DNA of 64,000 bases from Camelus dromedarius (Eukaryota). The position numbers and the translations under genes were made by a program. The stretch lies in NCBI RefSeq assembly GCF_036321535.1, contig NC_087437.1, positions 40,984,001-41,048,000 on the forward strand. The letters run 5' to 3'. Shown piece by piece: positions 1 to 11,999 of this stretch. The first letter of the stretch is position 1. The number at the start of each line of letters is the position of its first letter. The notes below the pieces were generated by a model, which was given only the letters and a program-made list of their open reading frames with translations, ran no database searches and was not told the DNA's origin.

Positions 1-708
1 CAGTTTCCACTACCAAACTTTTTCAGCCATAATGATCAATTCTTTAATTTGCATGGCTCACTGTTGCATTTCATTTAGATGAAATTTTCTGCCCACTTTA
101 TGCACTTGTTAAGTATTTAATATTGCATTTCATCTCTTCTCCACTAGAATTTAAGCTCCTTGGTGGTGGGTCCTTAGTCTGCTTGGTTCACTGCTAGGCT
201 GCTCAGTCTTGCAACAGTGCTGCCATGTGTCAAGTATTTAATATCTGTCAAGCAAATTGCATGAACAGAAACTGGTAGCAAGACTAACGTTAGTGGTTAT
301 CTGTACTAGATGGCCAAAACTAAGAAAGCTGGCACATCACTCCCCTCTGACACAATAGACAAGTTTCTGGAAACATATTCTAGTATCAAAGCATGCAACA
401 TTGTTAAAGTTTACGTACAATTTGATTACAGGGCCTCTAATTCACTGGACAGGAGCCCTGGACATAACTTGCCTATATTCCAGCAATAAATCACTTACTG
501 ACAATCAGCCTAAGTAACTGGCACTGTTACTGAATGTATCTTCCTTTCATACAGCCTTTAATAAGTTCAAAGTACTTCTGACATCTCACTGACCTCATTA
601 ACAACATACCTGTTTTTGCATGTGAACAGAGAATACTACATTACATATTCTATAAATATTCCACAATTAGTTTCATTTCAAAAAAAATCATGGAAAACGA
701 ATACCAAC

Positions 709-830
709 CTTTTAGAGAATTGTTTCTCAGAAACAACTGTTATTTTATTCTTGAAGCGTTCAATGTGAACAACATTCCCAAGATTTCCAGTTTTTCCGTT
801 CACTTTAACCTTCTCACGTAGAAACTGTTC
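709..830 (-). CDS. RPL22L1: RPL22L1 coding exon 3 (ribosomal protein eL22-like); gene continues off the left edge
   Basis: 122 nt translating [40 protein letters not shown](R); acceptor ttaaaaatag and donor gttggt; frame continuous with exon 2. Confidence 0.95.
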
Positions 831-897
831 CTATTTTTAAAAAGAAAAAGTGCCACACTAGGGAAGAAAACCCTAGATATTCACTAGGGAAGGTACC
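831..897 (-). other. RPL22L1: Alternative upstream 3' splice site extending RPL22L1 exon 3 by 67 nt (frameshifting poison isoform)
   Basis: Acceptor ctattcctag at 898-899; use gives [27 protein letters not shown] then TGA at 816-814, 105 nt upstream of the exon 3/4 junction; an exon-3 alternative-acceptor isoform of RPL22L1 is known in human. Confidence 0.7.
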
Positions 898-998
898 CTA
901 GGAATAGAGCTTAGGTTAAAATCAAATATTACATACTTAATTCATCATTAAGAACTTTACTATAATGATAAAAACAAACTGACTGAAGTGATACTTAC

Positions 999-1091
999 AA
1001 AATTTCCAGAATCAAAAATTCCATCTTCTACTGGATGAGTAAGGTCCAAATTAAACTTCCAGGTTGACTTCTTAGGCTTCTTGTCTTTCTT
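999..1091 (-). CDS. RPL22L1: RPL22L1 coding exon 2
   Basis: 93 nt translating KKDKKPKKSTWKFNLDLTHPVEDGIFDSGNF; acceptor tttctgtag, donor gtaagt. Confidence 0.95.
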
Positions 1092-2071
1092 CTACAGAAA
1101 GTTAATAATTATGACTCTCTACAATAATTTATTCACTTTACATACAAAATAAAAAATCTGTTATCAGTGCAATAATGTACAACATGTTGTGAGGCGATGT
1201 GTGTGTGTTTGTATATATAAAGTAGTGTAAGGTTCTAAAAAAAAAAAGTGCTTTAGTATCTACTGGATATACCCTTTTTTTCAACCAGGCTGTCTGAAGG
1301 GGAGTACTCTCATCAACTTGGTTAAAAACCAAGTTTCGTGAACTCCTATGGAAATTTTCCCTGTTCGTCATACAAGTGTCTCACAAGCACAAAACTCAAG
1401 ATTAAGTTCGACGTATATAGTGAGCTACTTAGTTTCCTTCATCAGAAGATTCTCCAAACCCTATTTTTGCAACTGGAAAAGATTAAAAGGATCAGCCTAC
1501 TTTCTACTACAAGTTAAACCTAAAAAATACCCACCAGGGATGGTGTGAACCTCTAACCAGGCCCACTGTGTTTGAGTTATCAAGAAAAGTTTTGTGGGCT
1601 TTTATTATTTTCCATACCACGAATCTTCAATTTTAAATTACCAGGTACTGTTTAACTGCTTCACTACTGCCATCCCCACTGCAGACGGGAAACAGGTAGT
1701 GCACCACTTAGTCCAAGCTCAATCACACGCCAGAACAGGATATTTCACCCACTTATGTCTACAGAATTCACTTCTTATGCTGCTATGGGTGAGGGAAAGG
1801 CAGGAGAGGTCTGACAGTAATTTTAATTTGAAAAATATGTGTAACTTAAAGTTTTCTAATCCCAAACCTTTTAGACCAATACCATAGAATAAGAATACTT
1901 AAGTAAAATCCACCCAAACAGCTACCGAAGCTTTCTTAGGCAGTGGAATAACTTGTGCCCCCAAAATTTATCCAAAACCTGGGACTGGAAATTAGGTTAA
2001 CTAGTTACTAGGAGTTGGGCCTTAGTGGTCAATTTATAGTTCTGTTGGGGCATTAGTTAACATAAGAAACG

Positions 2072-2133
2072 CAAATAATTTGTCTGGTGGAACAGATAAG
2101 CCCAAATAATTTGTCTGGTGGAACAGATAAGCC
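2072..2133. repeat. Perfect 31-bp tandem duplication in RPL22L1 intron 1
   Basis: caaataatttgtctggtggaacagataagcc occurs at 2072-2102 and 2103-2133. Confidence 0.95.
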
Positions 2134-2369
2134 CAGAGTGTTTATGGTCCCATTGAACATTAGTTCTGTATATATCCCAGCAATTTTACCCTAACATTTC
2201 AAATGTTTTCTGGGCCGGCTTTTACATCTCACTGGTTCCCTTATTAATAAAAACCTTTGAAACACTCTTTTACAATTTGCCTAAGAATCGTCACTTTTAT
2301 CTTTCACGAGGTAATGAAGAAACTTCTTCCCCAACAGTTTTAAAGTTCTCTGAAACTTCTGTAACTGCT

Positions 2370-3120
2370 GCTATCGCGGGAGCCGAGAGCCTCTGCTCTG
2401 CCTCCGCCCTGGCAAGGCCATTAGACTAGCCCGATTAGACACATTTGGCTTTCTGCTGCAAATAGGGTAGCATCCGCGCGCGAGAGAAAAGAAACGGCCC
2501 AAATGCTGTCCCCTAGCCCCGTTCGCCGTCGTGCCTCCTTCCCCACGCTCCCACGGCCGCCCATCCTAAGCCAACTCCGGGCCCAGGTCGAACTCCACCA
2601 GACCGCATGGCAGCTGCCAGGGGCCACAAAAAGCCTACAACGTTAACATTTTGGTTGTATTCCTGACCCGAGTCTCCATTCCCACCCTCCCTTTATCTGA
2701 ATGAGACGCCCCCAACTCGCGAGCTGCAAAAATCATCTATATCGGAGTAAAATAGTCCAGCGGAGAGCACGCACACTCACCGGCGCCATCTTGGAAAGCC
2801 GGCCGCGCGATGAGAGAACGCAGCGTCCGCGCCGCTCGCATTTATACCAAAGCGTGGTGCGTCACGCGCCGGGAACGTAAGATCACCGCCTCCCGGAAGA
2901 GAACTTGGGAGGAGCGCCGAGGTCGGTAACCCAGGAAACCGGGGGCGTGGCCCGCGGAGAATACAATCAACAGGCCGTCAGGCTTCCTGGCAGCGCCCAC
3001 TTGCGGGGCGAGCTGAAATGACTCAGTTTCACGCTGGTGACTACAAGCGCCGGTTGACCACAGTGGTCCCTAGGACTGATTGCTTGGGAGGCCGCTCTAG
3101 AAGTACACGCCCCAGGGATG
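2370..3120 (-). promoter_or_regulatory. RPL22L1: RPL22L1 CpG-island promoter with TATA box, pyrimidine (TOP/TCT-like) initiator, YY1 and ETS/GABP motifs
   Basis: High CpG density; minus-strand TATAAA at 2846-2841; ttctctc at ~2818-2812; CGCCATCTT (YY1) at 2784-2792 over the ATG; CCGGAAG at 2893-2899; typical ribosomal-protein promoter layout. Confidence 0.8.
2781..2789 (-). CDS. RPL22L1: RPL22L1 coding exon 1 (ATG GCG CCG = MAP)
   Basis: ccaagATGGCGCCG|gtgagt in a CpG island; joins exon 2 in frame to give MAPKKDKKPKK. Confidence 0.92.
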
Positions 3121-4380
3121 TTGGAAACATTTTTTCGCTAATCACCTGGATCTTCTTTCCAATCAAGGCAAGGCAATGTTTCATGTTGCTTTGGGGATTC
3201 TTGTTTTATACTGCAATTATAATCCTCCAGCTAAAAAGTTATTTCTCTGTGTTTTGACCATGAGTCTTGTTTTCTAAATGACTGTTGACGGAAATTAGTT
3301 TTTCCGGGAGCCAAAATAAACTAGGTTCTTGAGGATAATAAAAACCAAACCCACAAACAAGCAAACGACCTTTAAGTGAAAAATACATAGTGCTCATTTG
3401 TTCACACGTTGTGTGTAATATATTCTATTTTATGAACCTTAGAATTAATCCAGGACCCCTGAGTTCCATTCAAAATGCCTCCCAGTTAACATTCAACGAA
3501 CATTTGCTGAGACCTAATTACTAAAATGTACAAAGGATGAATATGTGGTGGTGACAGTGGCAAAAGAAAAAAGTGTTCGGAGTTAGAAGGATTACAAGTT
3601 AACGTCATTTCAGAAAAGTGGCACGTCTCTCAGCGTTTTGCAATTTTTTTTTTTTTTTGTGGAGGAGAAACTATTGCACTGGGAGCCAGGGGTAGAGGAT
3701 GGGGTGGGCTTTTGTTGTTAATTTGGAGGTTGACACTAGAAAGTGACAACTGTGTATGTCCCTTATGATAGTGATTAGTAGTAATAACAACTATGCTTTA
3801 ACGAAGCATACAATGTATATGGTCTAACTAGAGGTGTTGAGTTCCTGGAAGAAATACATTTCAAGATTTTTTTGGTTGTTTGCCTCAAGAACCACTAGAA
3901 TTTCATTTATTTTCCAAACATTGAAGGAAAAGAAGAGCAATTGGCATTTTCTCCTCAAGGATGGCCTGGGCTGTAGGGCAGAAATGATCCTTGTACTGGT
4001 GGATATTTTGAAAATAAGCCATTAATTGAGTCATTTATTATTTTTCTTGTTTTGGCAGTCCCCCATGTCATGACAAAAACAAAACAAAACAAAACAAAAA
4101 AAACCCTAAAGAACTATTAAGCCATTTTTACAAAGGCTTAATATTTGCGAAAACAACATGTGTTTCTGAATAACTAGTAATCCCAAAATAACTAGTTAGA
4201 AAACAGTTTCTATTAACAGAAAATTTTCTAATAACAGAATTTTTTTCTTTTAATTAGAAAACACTTTAAAAAAAGAAAAATAGTACCCAGAAATGTGCAG
4301 ATAGTGAGATTAAATATTGTAAATAACCAAATTCTTCCAAATTTCACACAGACAGTATATAAGTATGTATATATTATATA

Positions 4381-4570
4381 GGGTGGGAAGGGACGGACTG
4401 GAAGTTCGAAATTTGTAGATACTGACAGGTATATATAGAATAGATAAACAAGTTTACACTGTATGGCACAGGGGAATATATTCAAGATCTTGTAGTAGCT
4501 CATGGTGAAAAAGAATATGAAAGTGAATATATGTGTATTCATGTATGGCTGAAAAATTGTGCTGTACACC
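4381..4570 (+). mobile_element. L1 3' UTR fragment
   Basis: Similar to the 3' ends at 5790-5960 and 42400-42600 (…tagataaacaag…ctgtatggcacagggg…tattcaagatcttgtagtag…). Confidence 0.7.
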
Positions 4571-5039
4571 AGGTCTGAATAGAGTAGTGAAATAAGGTAT
4601 AGAAGGACACAATATGGCAGATTAGGTTAACAGAGAAACCTTCCATATGTAGCCAAAAAACTGGCTAAAATATAGTTTTATCAATAATTTCTAATGTATG
4701 GTTAAGTTGGTGAAAAAGTAAAATAATTTTTGGAGGGGGGATGGAAATGACCTGTCCCCATGCTCATACCAGTTTATGGCTAGAATTAGCTCTGCTCAAA
4801 TAGCATGAAAAAGCTCCAACCTAAAAACGTAGTTTAAATGTGTGCTTGACTTCATGGTACCAGGCAGAAGCAAATGCACATTTTTCTGGAGGAATGCACG
4901 GTATATCCAAGCACAAAGGATTCCCTGAGATAAGCTTTCTGAAATATGAGCTGACAATTAAAAAAAAAAAAACTCAATAAATACACAGGAAAACAAGCCA
5001 CGATGAATGAAAATCAATCTAAAAAGCCATATTAAGTCA

Positions 5040-6019
5040 TATGAGCTGCTTATATATTCTGGAGATCAAGCCTTTGTCAGTTTCATTTGCAAAAATGGGC
5101 AGAAGACCTAAACAAGCCATTCTCCAAAGAAGAAATACAAATGATCGATAGGCACATGAAAAAATGCTCAATATCACTAATTATCAGAGAAATGCAAATC
5201 AAAACTACGATGAGGTATCACCTCACACCAGTCAGAATGGCCATCATTCAAAAGTCCGCAAATGACAAATGCTGGAGAGGCTGTGGAGAAAAGGGAACCT
5301 TCCTACGCTGCTGGTGAGAATGCAGTTTGGTGCAGCCACTGTGGAAAACAGTATGGAGATTCCTCAAAAGACTAGGAATAGACTTACCATATGACCCAGG
5401 AATACCGCTCCTGGGCATATATCCAGAAGGAACCCTACTTCAAAATGACACCTGCATCCCAATGTTCATAGCAGCATTATTTACAATAGCCAAGACATGG
5501 AAACAGCCTAAATGTCCATCAACAGATGACTGGATAAAGAAGAAGTGGTATATTTATAAAATGGAATACTATTCAGCCATAAAACCCGACAACATAACGC
5601 CATTTGCAGCAACATGGATGCTCCTGGAGAATGTCATTCTAAGTGAAGTAAGCCAGAAAGAAAAAGAAAAGTACCATATGAGATCACTCATATGCAGAAT
5701 CTAAAAAAAAAAAAAGCAAAACATAAATACAAAACATAAATAGACTCATAGACATAGAATACAAACTTGTGGTTGCCAGGGGGACAGAGGGTAGGAAGGG
5801 ACAGATTGGGATTTCAAAATGTAGAATAGATAAACAAGATTGTACTGTGTAGCAGAGGGAAAATATATACAGGATCTTGTGGTGGCTCACAGTGAAAGAG
5901 AATGTGACAATGAATGTATGTATGTTCATATATAACTGAAAAATTGTGCTCTACACTGGAATTTGACACAACATTGTAAAATGACTGTAACTCAATAAAA
6001 AAAAAATGTTTAAAATTTT
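5040..6019 (+). mobile_element. 5'-truncated, 5'-inverted L1 (ORF2 C-terminus, 3' UTR, A tail) with degenerate TSD
   Basis: ORFs 5087-5317 and 5327-5704 are L1 ORF2 C-terminal sequence ([37 protein letters not shown]); AATAAA plus A tail at ~5994-6006; 5040-5092 is antisense ORF2; TSD aaaaagccatattaagtca (5021-5039) / aaaaagcctataaagtca (6020-6037). Confidence 0.9.
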
Positions 6020-6039
6020 AAAAAGCCTATAAAGTCAGA

Positions 6040-7310
6040 CCCAAACAAGAGACTGTATATATTGGAATTATAAGAAACAGAATATAAAATAAGTATCTGT
6101 AATGTACTTAAAAGCTAAAATGATTTAAAATCCTATAAGGGAAACAGGGACAAGCAAAATTGGCCAGGAATTTTTTTTAAAAGGAAGAAAATATAACTTC
6201 TAGAAATTAAAAATAGAAAATCTTTAGTTAGAAAGAGTTGGTGAGTTAAACAGGGGAGTAGACAAAAGCTGCAGAGAAAACTGGTGAATGGGAAATTACT
6301 CAGAATGCAACAAAGAAAAGCAAAGAGATAGAAAATATTAAAAGGTAGGTTAAGAGACAAGAATGTCAGAGTTAACAATGTTCCAGTTATGTCAAATGGA
6401 AGACCTAGAAGGATATAACAGGGAAAATGAGGGAAAGGCAAAACTGAGAGAAATAATGGCTGAATACTTAGATTCAGGAAGCCCAATAAACCTCAGACAG
6501 GATAACGGAAAATAAATGCACACTTAAACACATTATAGTGAAACTTGGAAACACAAACGCAAAATTATTTTAAAAGCATCCAGAAAGAAAAGCCAAACTA
6601 TTTGCTAACAGGAGTTATATTAACAGCTGACTTCACATCAGCAACAATGGAAGCCAGAGCAGAGGGTTATTATCTTTGAAGGGCTGAGAGAAAAGAACTG
6701 TCTACCTAGAACTGTAAAGTGTGAAACTAGCTTTCAAGAGTAAAGATGCATTTAAGACATTTTAGATAATGAAACTGAAAATTTGCTATCAACAGACCCT
6801 CCCATAAAGGAACTCTCTAAACTATACTTCAGGATAAAGGAAAATAACCCTAGAAAGAAATAGTGAGCAAAGAAAATGGTTAAATTGTGGACAAATCTAA
6901 ACAACACTAACACTATAAAAAATAACGTTTATTTTGTAGGCTTAGGGTGTTAGTAATGTTCTGTTTCTTGATCATGGTGATGGATATATGACTGTGTGTT
7001 GTTTGTGAAAATTCATCAAGCTGCAAATTTATAATCTGTGTACTTTTCTATATACATATACGTTACGCTTTAATTAAAAATGAGGATAGTTTAAATTACT
7101 GTATGCCAAAATACTCCAAATTATATGAAATGAATTACTAGAAAAATACAAGTTAGAAACACAATTTAGAAATACACAAGAAACAGAAAATCTGAATAGT
7201 CTTATATCTTTTAAATACATTGAATTTGTAATTAAAACTTCCTATAGGAAAAACACCCAGGTAGCTTCACCAGTCACTACTGCCACACACCTGAGGGAAA
7301 AATAATGCCA
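6040..7310 (+). mobile_element. Old degraded L1 fragments (ORF1-like, 3' end and ORF2 pieces)
   Basis: A-rich strand; recognisable L1 phrases (acagctgacttcacatcagcaacaatggaagccag; gaaacagaaaatctgaatagtc). Confidence 0.6.
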
Positions 7311-7312
7311 AT

Positions 7313-7745
7313 TGTGACAGATACCTTTTATGCCCCAAATCACATCCTGTCAACTTCCCTTTTAATCCAGAAGAGGGGAACACTTATCCACGGTTTCCTG
7401 TCCTGCCTTGGTCAGTGGTTGTCCTTGGAGTGTTAACTCCTTTGTGCTCCCAGGTTGTATGTGTGTAAGGGAATGTTAGTAGGAAGGTTCCCACCAGTGT
7501 CCCATGCCTCGAGTCAGAGAAACCATAAAAGTAAAAGGTGAAAAATATGCAGGGAGACGCTGCCAAGCTTTCCCTGCCCCAGACTGGTTGCTGCTCCCTT
7601 CTTTCTCTTGAATGGACAGAAGGACATTCTATAGCACTGCATGGAAGATCCCATCAGGATTAACCCTCATTCGTCCCCAGCACGTTTCTTTTTGCTTTTA
7701 TTCCTTCCCAGTTTCACATTTCCCGGTTCCTTGTTTCTGTTCTCT
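7313..7745 (+). mobile_element. Degraded ERVL-type (LTR16-like) solo LTR, 3' end missing
   Basis: Starts TGTGACAG…tgccccaaatcacatcc; internal gatcccatcaggattaaccctc and ttccttcccagtttcac resemble LTR16-class consensus (from memory). Confidence 0.4.
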
Positions 7746-8814
7746 GTCATGTTGCATTTGTATTTCAAACGTCTGCTCTTCCTGCAGCTCTATATCTGTC
7801 CTGCGTCTGTGCATCTCACAAGGTTTCTTACAGGATCAGATTGTGTGCATCCTTCCTTTTGCGAGACTTCAGCTCTATTAACATCACAAAGGATCACACT
7901 GTAACAGAAAGTAGACAGTGTCTGCATCTCTGAAATTTACTTATTAATTATTAAAACTCATCTTACTTGCCTGAAGCTAATTTATGTAACAGGAATCTGT
8001 ACATTTCCCTTTACCCAAACTTTCCAATCATCAATGTTATCAGCATTCAAGCATGGTAAAAAAAACCCAACTGTATATGTACTAAAAATACCATTGTTTT
8101 CTATGGAATTTTTTCTTTCTATGCCACATGCTGTGAAGTGTAATACGTTAGCATCACGAGGCATTGCACTACCCATCTCCAAAAAAATATACTCAAATGA
8201 CACTGCAGACAAACAGTCCTATGGAAGCAAACTGCACAGCTTTGACAAAAGATGTGCTACCGCCCTTCCGTGCAAGCAGCAATGAGGCCCTGAGGAGCAA
8301 CTTATTACTACTGAAGAATATTGTTTTTAACTCTGCCAACTTAGAAATGTTCTTTGTTAGATTCTTATAAATGAAAGCTAACGGCACCAGGCGGGGAAGT
8401 AAGAACTGAAGTCACTGCTGCTTGCCCTTTTCTTTACTAATTTGATTGGAAAGCATTAAAACCTATGATTAAAACAAAACAACAAACAAATAAATATATA
8501 TATATTCTTGCTTCCATTCATCTGTTCTCTGTGTGTATTTAGAAAAACTTGTTATTTTTAAAACTACTTTTAACAATTGCAGTATCAGAAGTAAGATTTT
8601 CTTGTTATACAGTGCCACAGGAATTCGGAACAATTGGTCAACCTATAAAATGAGAGCAAATATCTTTTTTCATTGCTTAATTTTATTACTTGTCATTTTT
8701 AGCTTTGTCATTCACCTATTGGTGGCTGTTTAGAGTATTTCCATTTTTTCACTATTATAAACAATGCTTTGAGGAACTTTTTTAATGTAGAAGAAACTTT
8801 TTTTATTTTTAAAG

Positions 8815-9548
8815 CTTTTTTTTTAACTGTAGTTGATTTACAATGTTGTATTAATTTCTGGTGTACAGTATAGTGATTCAGTTATACATGTATATATACA
8901 TATTCTTTTTCACTACAGGTCACTACAAGCCACTGAATATAGTTCCCTGTGCTATACAGTAGTACCTTGTTGTTTATTCTGTACATAGTAGTTTGTATAT
9001 GTCAATCCCAAACTCCCAATTTATCCCTCCCTTCTTCCTCCCCCCACAACCCCTAGTAACCATAAGTTCGTTTTTTTATGTCTGTATCTCTTCCTATTTT
9101 GTAAATAAGTTCATTTGTGACATTTTTTTAGATTCTACATGTAAGTGATATCATATGTTACTTGTCTTTCTCTGAGTGACTTCCTTCACTTAGTATGATA
9201 ATCTCTAGGTCCATCCATGTTGCTGCCAGTGACATTATTTCATTCCTTTTTATGGCCGAGTAGTATTCTATGTGTGTGTGTTTGTGTGTGTGTGTGTGTA
9301 TACACACACCACATTTTCATTATCCATTCATCTGTCAATGGACATTTAGGTTGCTTCCATGTGTTTTACTATTGTAAAAAGCGCTGCTATGAATACTGGG
9401 GTGCATGTATCTTTTTGAATTAGAGTTTCTCTGACTATATGCCTAGGAGTGGGATTGCTGTAACTTTATTTTTAGTTTTTTAAGGAAACTCCATACCGTT
9501 CTCCATAGTGGCTGCACCAATTTGCATTCTTATCAACAGTGTAGGAGG
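8815..9548 (-). mobile_element. L1 3' end (ORF2 tail and 3' UTR), antisense, with internal (TG)n
   Basis: T-rich start, gttgatttacaatgttg…ttccctgtgctatacagtag…ctccatagtggctgcaccaattt; similar to 36390-37367. Confidence 0.85.
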
Positions 9549-10009
9549 AAGGAATTTTTTAAATAATAAAATTATTATCCTCTTATGCCAAAAGAAATGC
9601 TCATGAAAGGAAATATAGAGAAGAAAAATGTATAAAAATACCCAAAATCCACTTGCTTAAAAATAGCTATTTAATGCTTTGAGGCATTCATGTTTATCAG
9701 TGTGTACATGTTATCTATATCATTGACACAAGTCATTACATACATTTATAAAAAATGGATGGCTCTATACATACTTTTTTGAATTTTAAAAAACTTTTTA
9801 CTTAGAAATTATTTCAAACCTACCAAAAATTGTAAAAATAGTTCAAAACACACACATATACATATAAATATAAATATCTAAAAGTCTGAATAAAGAATAT
9901 GTAAATGTATATATATATCCTTTATCCAGATTTTACCTAACATTTTGCTCCACTTATTTATCATTTGTTCTTTCTTTACATTATATCTGTATATCTATAA
10001 ATCTTTTTA

Positions 10010-10650
10010 TTATATCTGGATTTGCAGTCATAGTTGAAAAGAAGCCAAGTTATAGAGAAATTCACTCATGTTTTCTTCTAAGGACTTGTACAGTTTGTGT
10101 TTCCATATAGACCACTGCTTCATTTGGAGTTTGTTCTTGTGTATGTTATATGGAATTCATTTTATTTTTTCCAAATTTATTTTTTCAAACTGTCACAGCA
10201 GAGTTTAGCTAAATTATTATCTGCCCAGTGGTTTGCAACACCACCTTTACTGGATATTAAATTCTGTATGTATTTGGGTCTATTGCTAGATTTTATATTC
10301 CATTCCATTGGTCTGTCTGTTCATTTGCCAGTACCTCTCTTTTGATTATAGAGGCTCTGTAGTAAGTTTTCATTTCTGGTGGTTCTATCCCCAACTCATA
10401 GCTTTCTGTGCAGTATTTTCCTAGCTATTTCTTGCATGTTTATATTTCCATATGAACTTTTTAGCAACTTGCTTAGCTCCATAAAAAAACTTGTACTGTA
10501 TTATTGGGGCTGCATTAAATTTATAAATCAAATTAGGTAGAACTAGCATCTCAATGTTGAGTTATCAGCCAAGAATGAGGTATGTTCTTTCCATTTGTTT
10601 AAGTCAACTTTGTGTCTTTTAGGAGTGTTTTATATTTTTTTCTCCAAAAG
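10010..10650 (-). mobile_element. Old L1 ORF2 fragment, antisense
   Basis: Typical antisense L1 text (ttggagtttgttcttgtgtatg; gcattaaatttataaatcaaattaggtagaac). Confidence 0.6.
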
Positions 10651-10749
10651 ATTTACCTCATTGATTGTACAGCAATTATAATAAACTAGAGTGACAATAA
10701 TTTAGTTGAAACTCACATAATTGTGAACAAAAAAAGGCAGATGCACTAT

Positions 10750-11100
10750 CAGTGTTAGGTAGATAAACCTCCATTCTCCCAGTTAGAATCTTTGTTGGGG
10801 ATCTGATGGCAACTGTGGTTGCCAAGCCTTTTTGGCCCTCCTAAATACTGGGACACAAGTCATTGTGATGCTGGGTAGTACCTATGGGTGGGGTCAAAGT
10901 ATTATTTTGACTGGATTCAGAAATAACTCTCAATTGGACAATGGGTTGATAAAATCTTGTAGGTGGGTCATTTTGAGCCAATACACAGCCAGTGGTTGTA
11001 ACTGATCCTGCTGAATGTATTTGTGGGAATAGATATTTTAAGTTCCCAGTGGAACACACACTTTAGAGAGGCAGTATGGGTTTTGAAAGTGGCAATTCCA
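10750..11100 (+). mobile_element. Ancient class III (ERVL-like) retroviral protease-region remnant
   Basis: Plus frame QAFLALLNTGTQVIVM (degenerate LDTG aspartic-protease motif) followed, across frameshifts, by a PVVI…ECI-GIDILS-like segment. Confidence 0.5.
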
Positions 11101-11999
11101 TAGGGCACCTCTTATTTGGATAGAATGTTTAAGTATGAGGTTGGAGTCAGGGGAGGAAGAAAATCAGAAAGGCTGAAACATAACACGATTAGTCCCTTTT
11201 CACTCTTCTTTTTTTTCTTTCATGCCTGCCTCTTGGAAACTAGCTACTGGTATTTGCAAGTAGCAAAAAGAGTGGGACTGAGGGGTGGGAGACTTTAATC
11301 TGTTGTTTCTCTTACTGCCCAATTACGCTTGCTGGATCTAGAAGGTTACAGATATCAGTAATACTGAGCATGGATATGAGGTGACAGCTACACGGGTAGT
11401 CTTGGTATGGTCCACATGCCAGGGAGTGAGAGAGATGTTCTAGAATGGTGCAGTGTATAAATGAAAGAAACTGCTGAGCCATCTAGGGATGGATCTGTCC
11501 AGATGGTGTTGATTAGACATGGTGAGGACTGGAAAAGGGTGAAGGGTTTGCTTTAGGGACTCATTACGCCATTCACATTGCTGTGGAAAGAGAACAGCAA
11601 CTCTGGTAGAGAAAGAACATCTCAGACCCTGGGAGGTCAGCGGTTGGGGAGGCACCACTAAACTCTCCTGCATTAAATGTCTCTGGAAGAATGCACAGGA
11701 AGAGGATGCAGGTGGTAAGATGGATTTACTCTTATACCTGTGGAATTTTGAACCACGTATTTTACATATTCTAAAAACTATTAAAACTTTAAAGATAAAA
11801 AATTGTACCTAAATCTGGAACTAAAATTTAGAAATTAACCTTCCCAGGCTGTAAAGCAAGGGTGCTACATAGTAAGAACTAAAATATAAAAAACAGTAAG
11901 AACAAAAGTTAGATTTTCTTTTAACAGTGACATACTCATTAATTCATTGACTATTCTAGCATGAAAATGTTTCTGGGAATGAATATATACAAGAATAGT

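Noticed and set aside
1305..1452. Hammerhead-like words on the minus strand of RPL22L1 intron 1 (CUGAUGA … GAAA followed by a 9-bp hairpin and UU)
   Set aside because: Stem III forms, but stems I and II do not pair and the core halves are ~100 nt apart; likely chance. No convincing C/D snoRNA (no suitably placed D box or terminal stem) either
5087..5704. L1 ORF2-like ORFs as an active or domesticated element
   Set aside because: Only the C-terminal ~200 codons remain, with an internal stop and no promoter or ORF1
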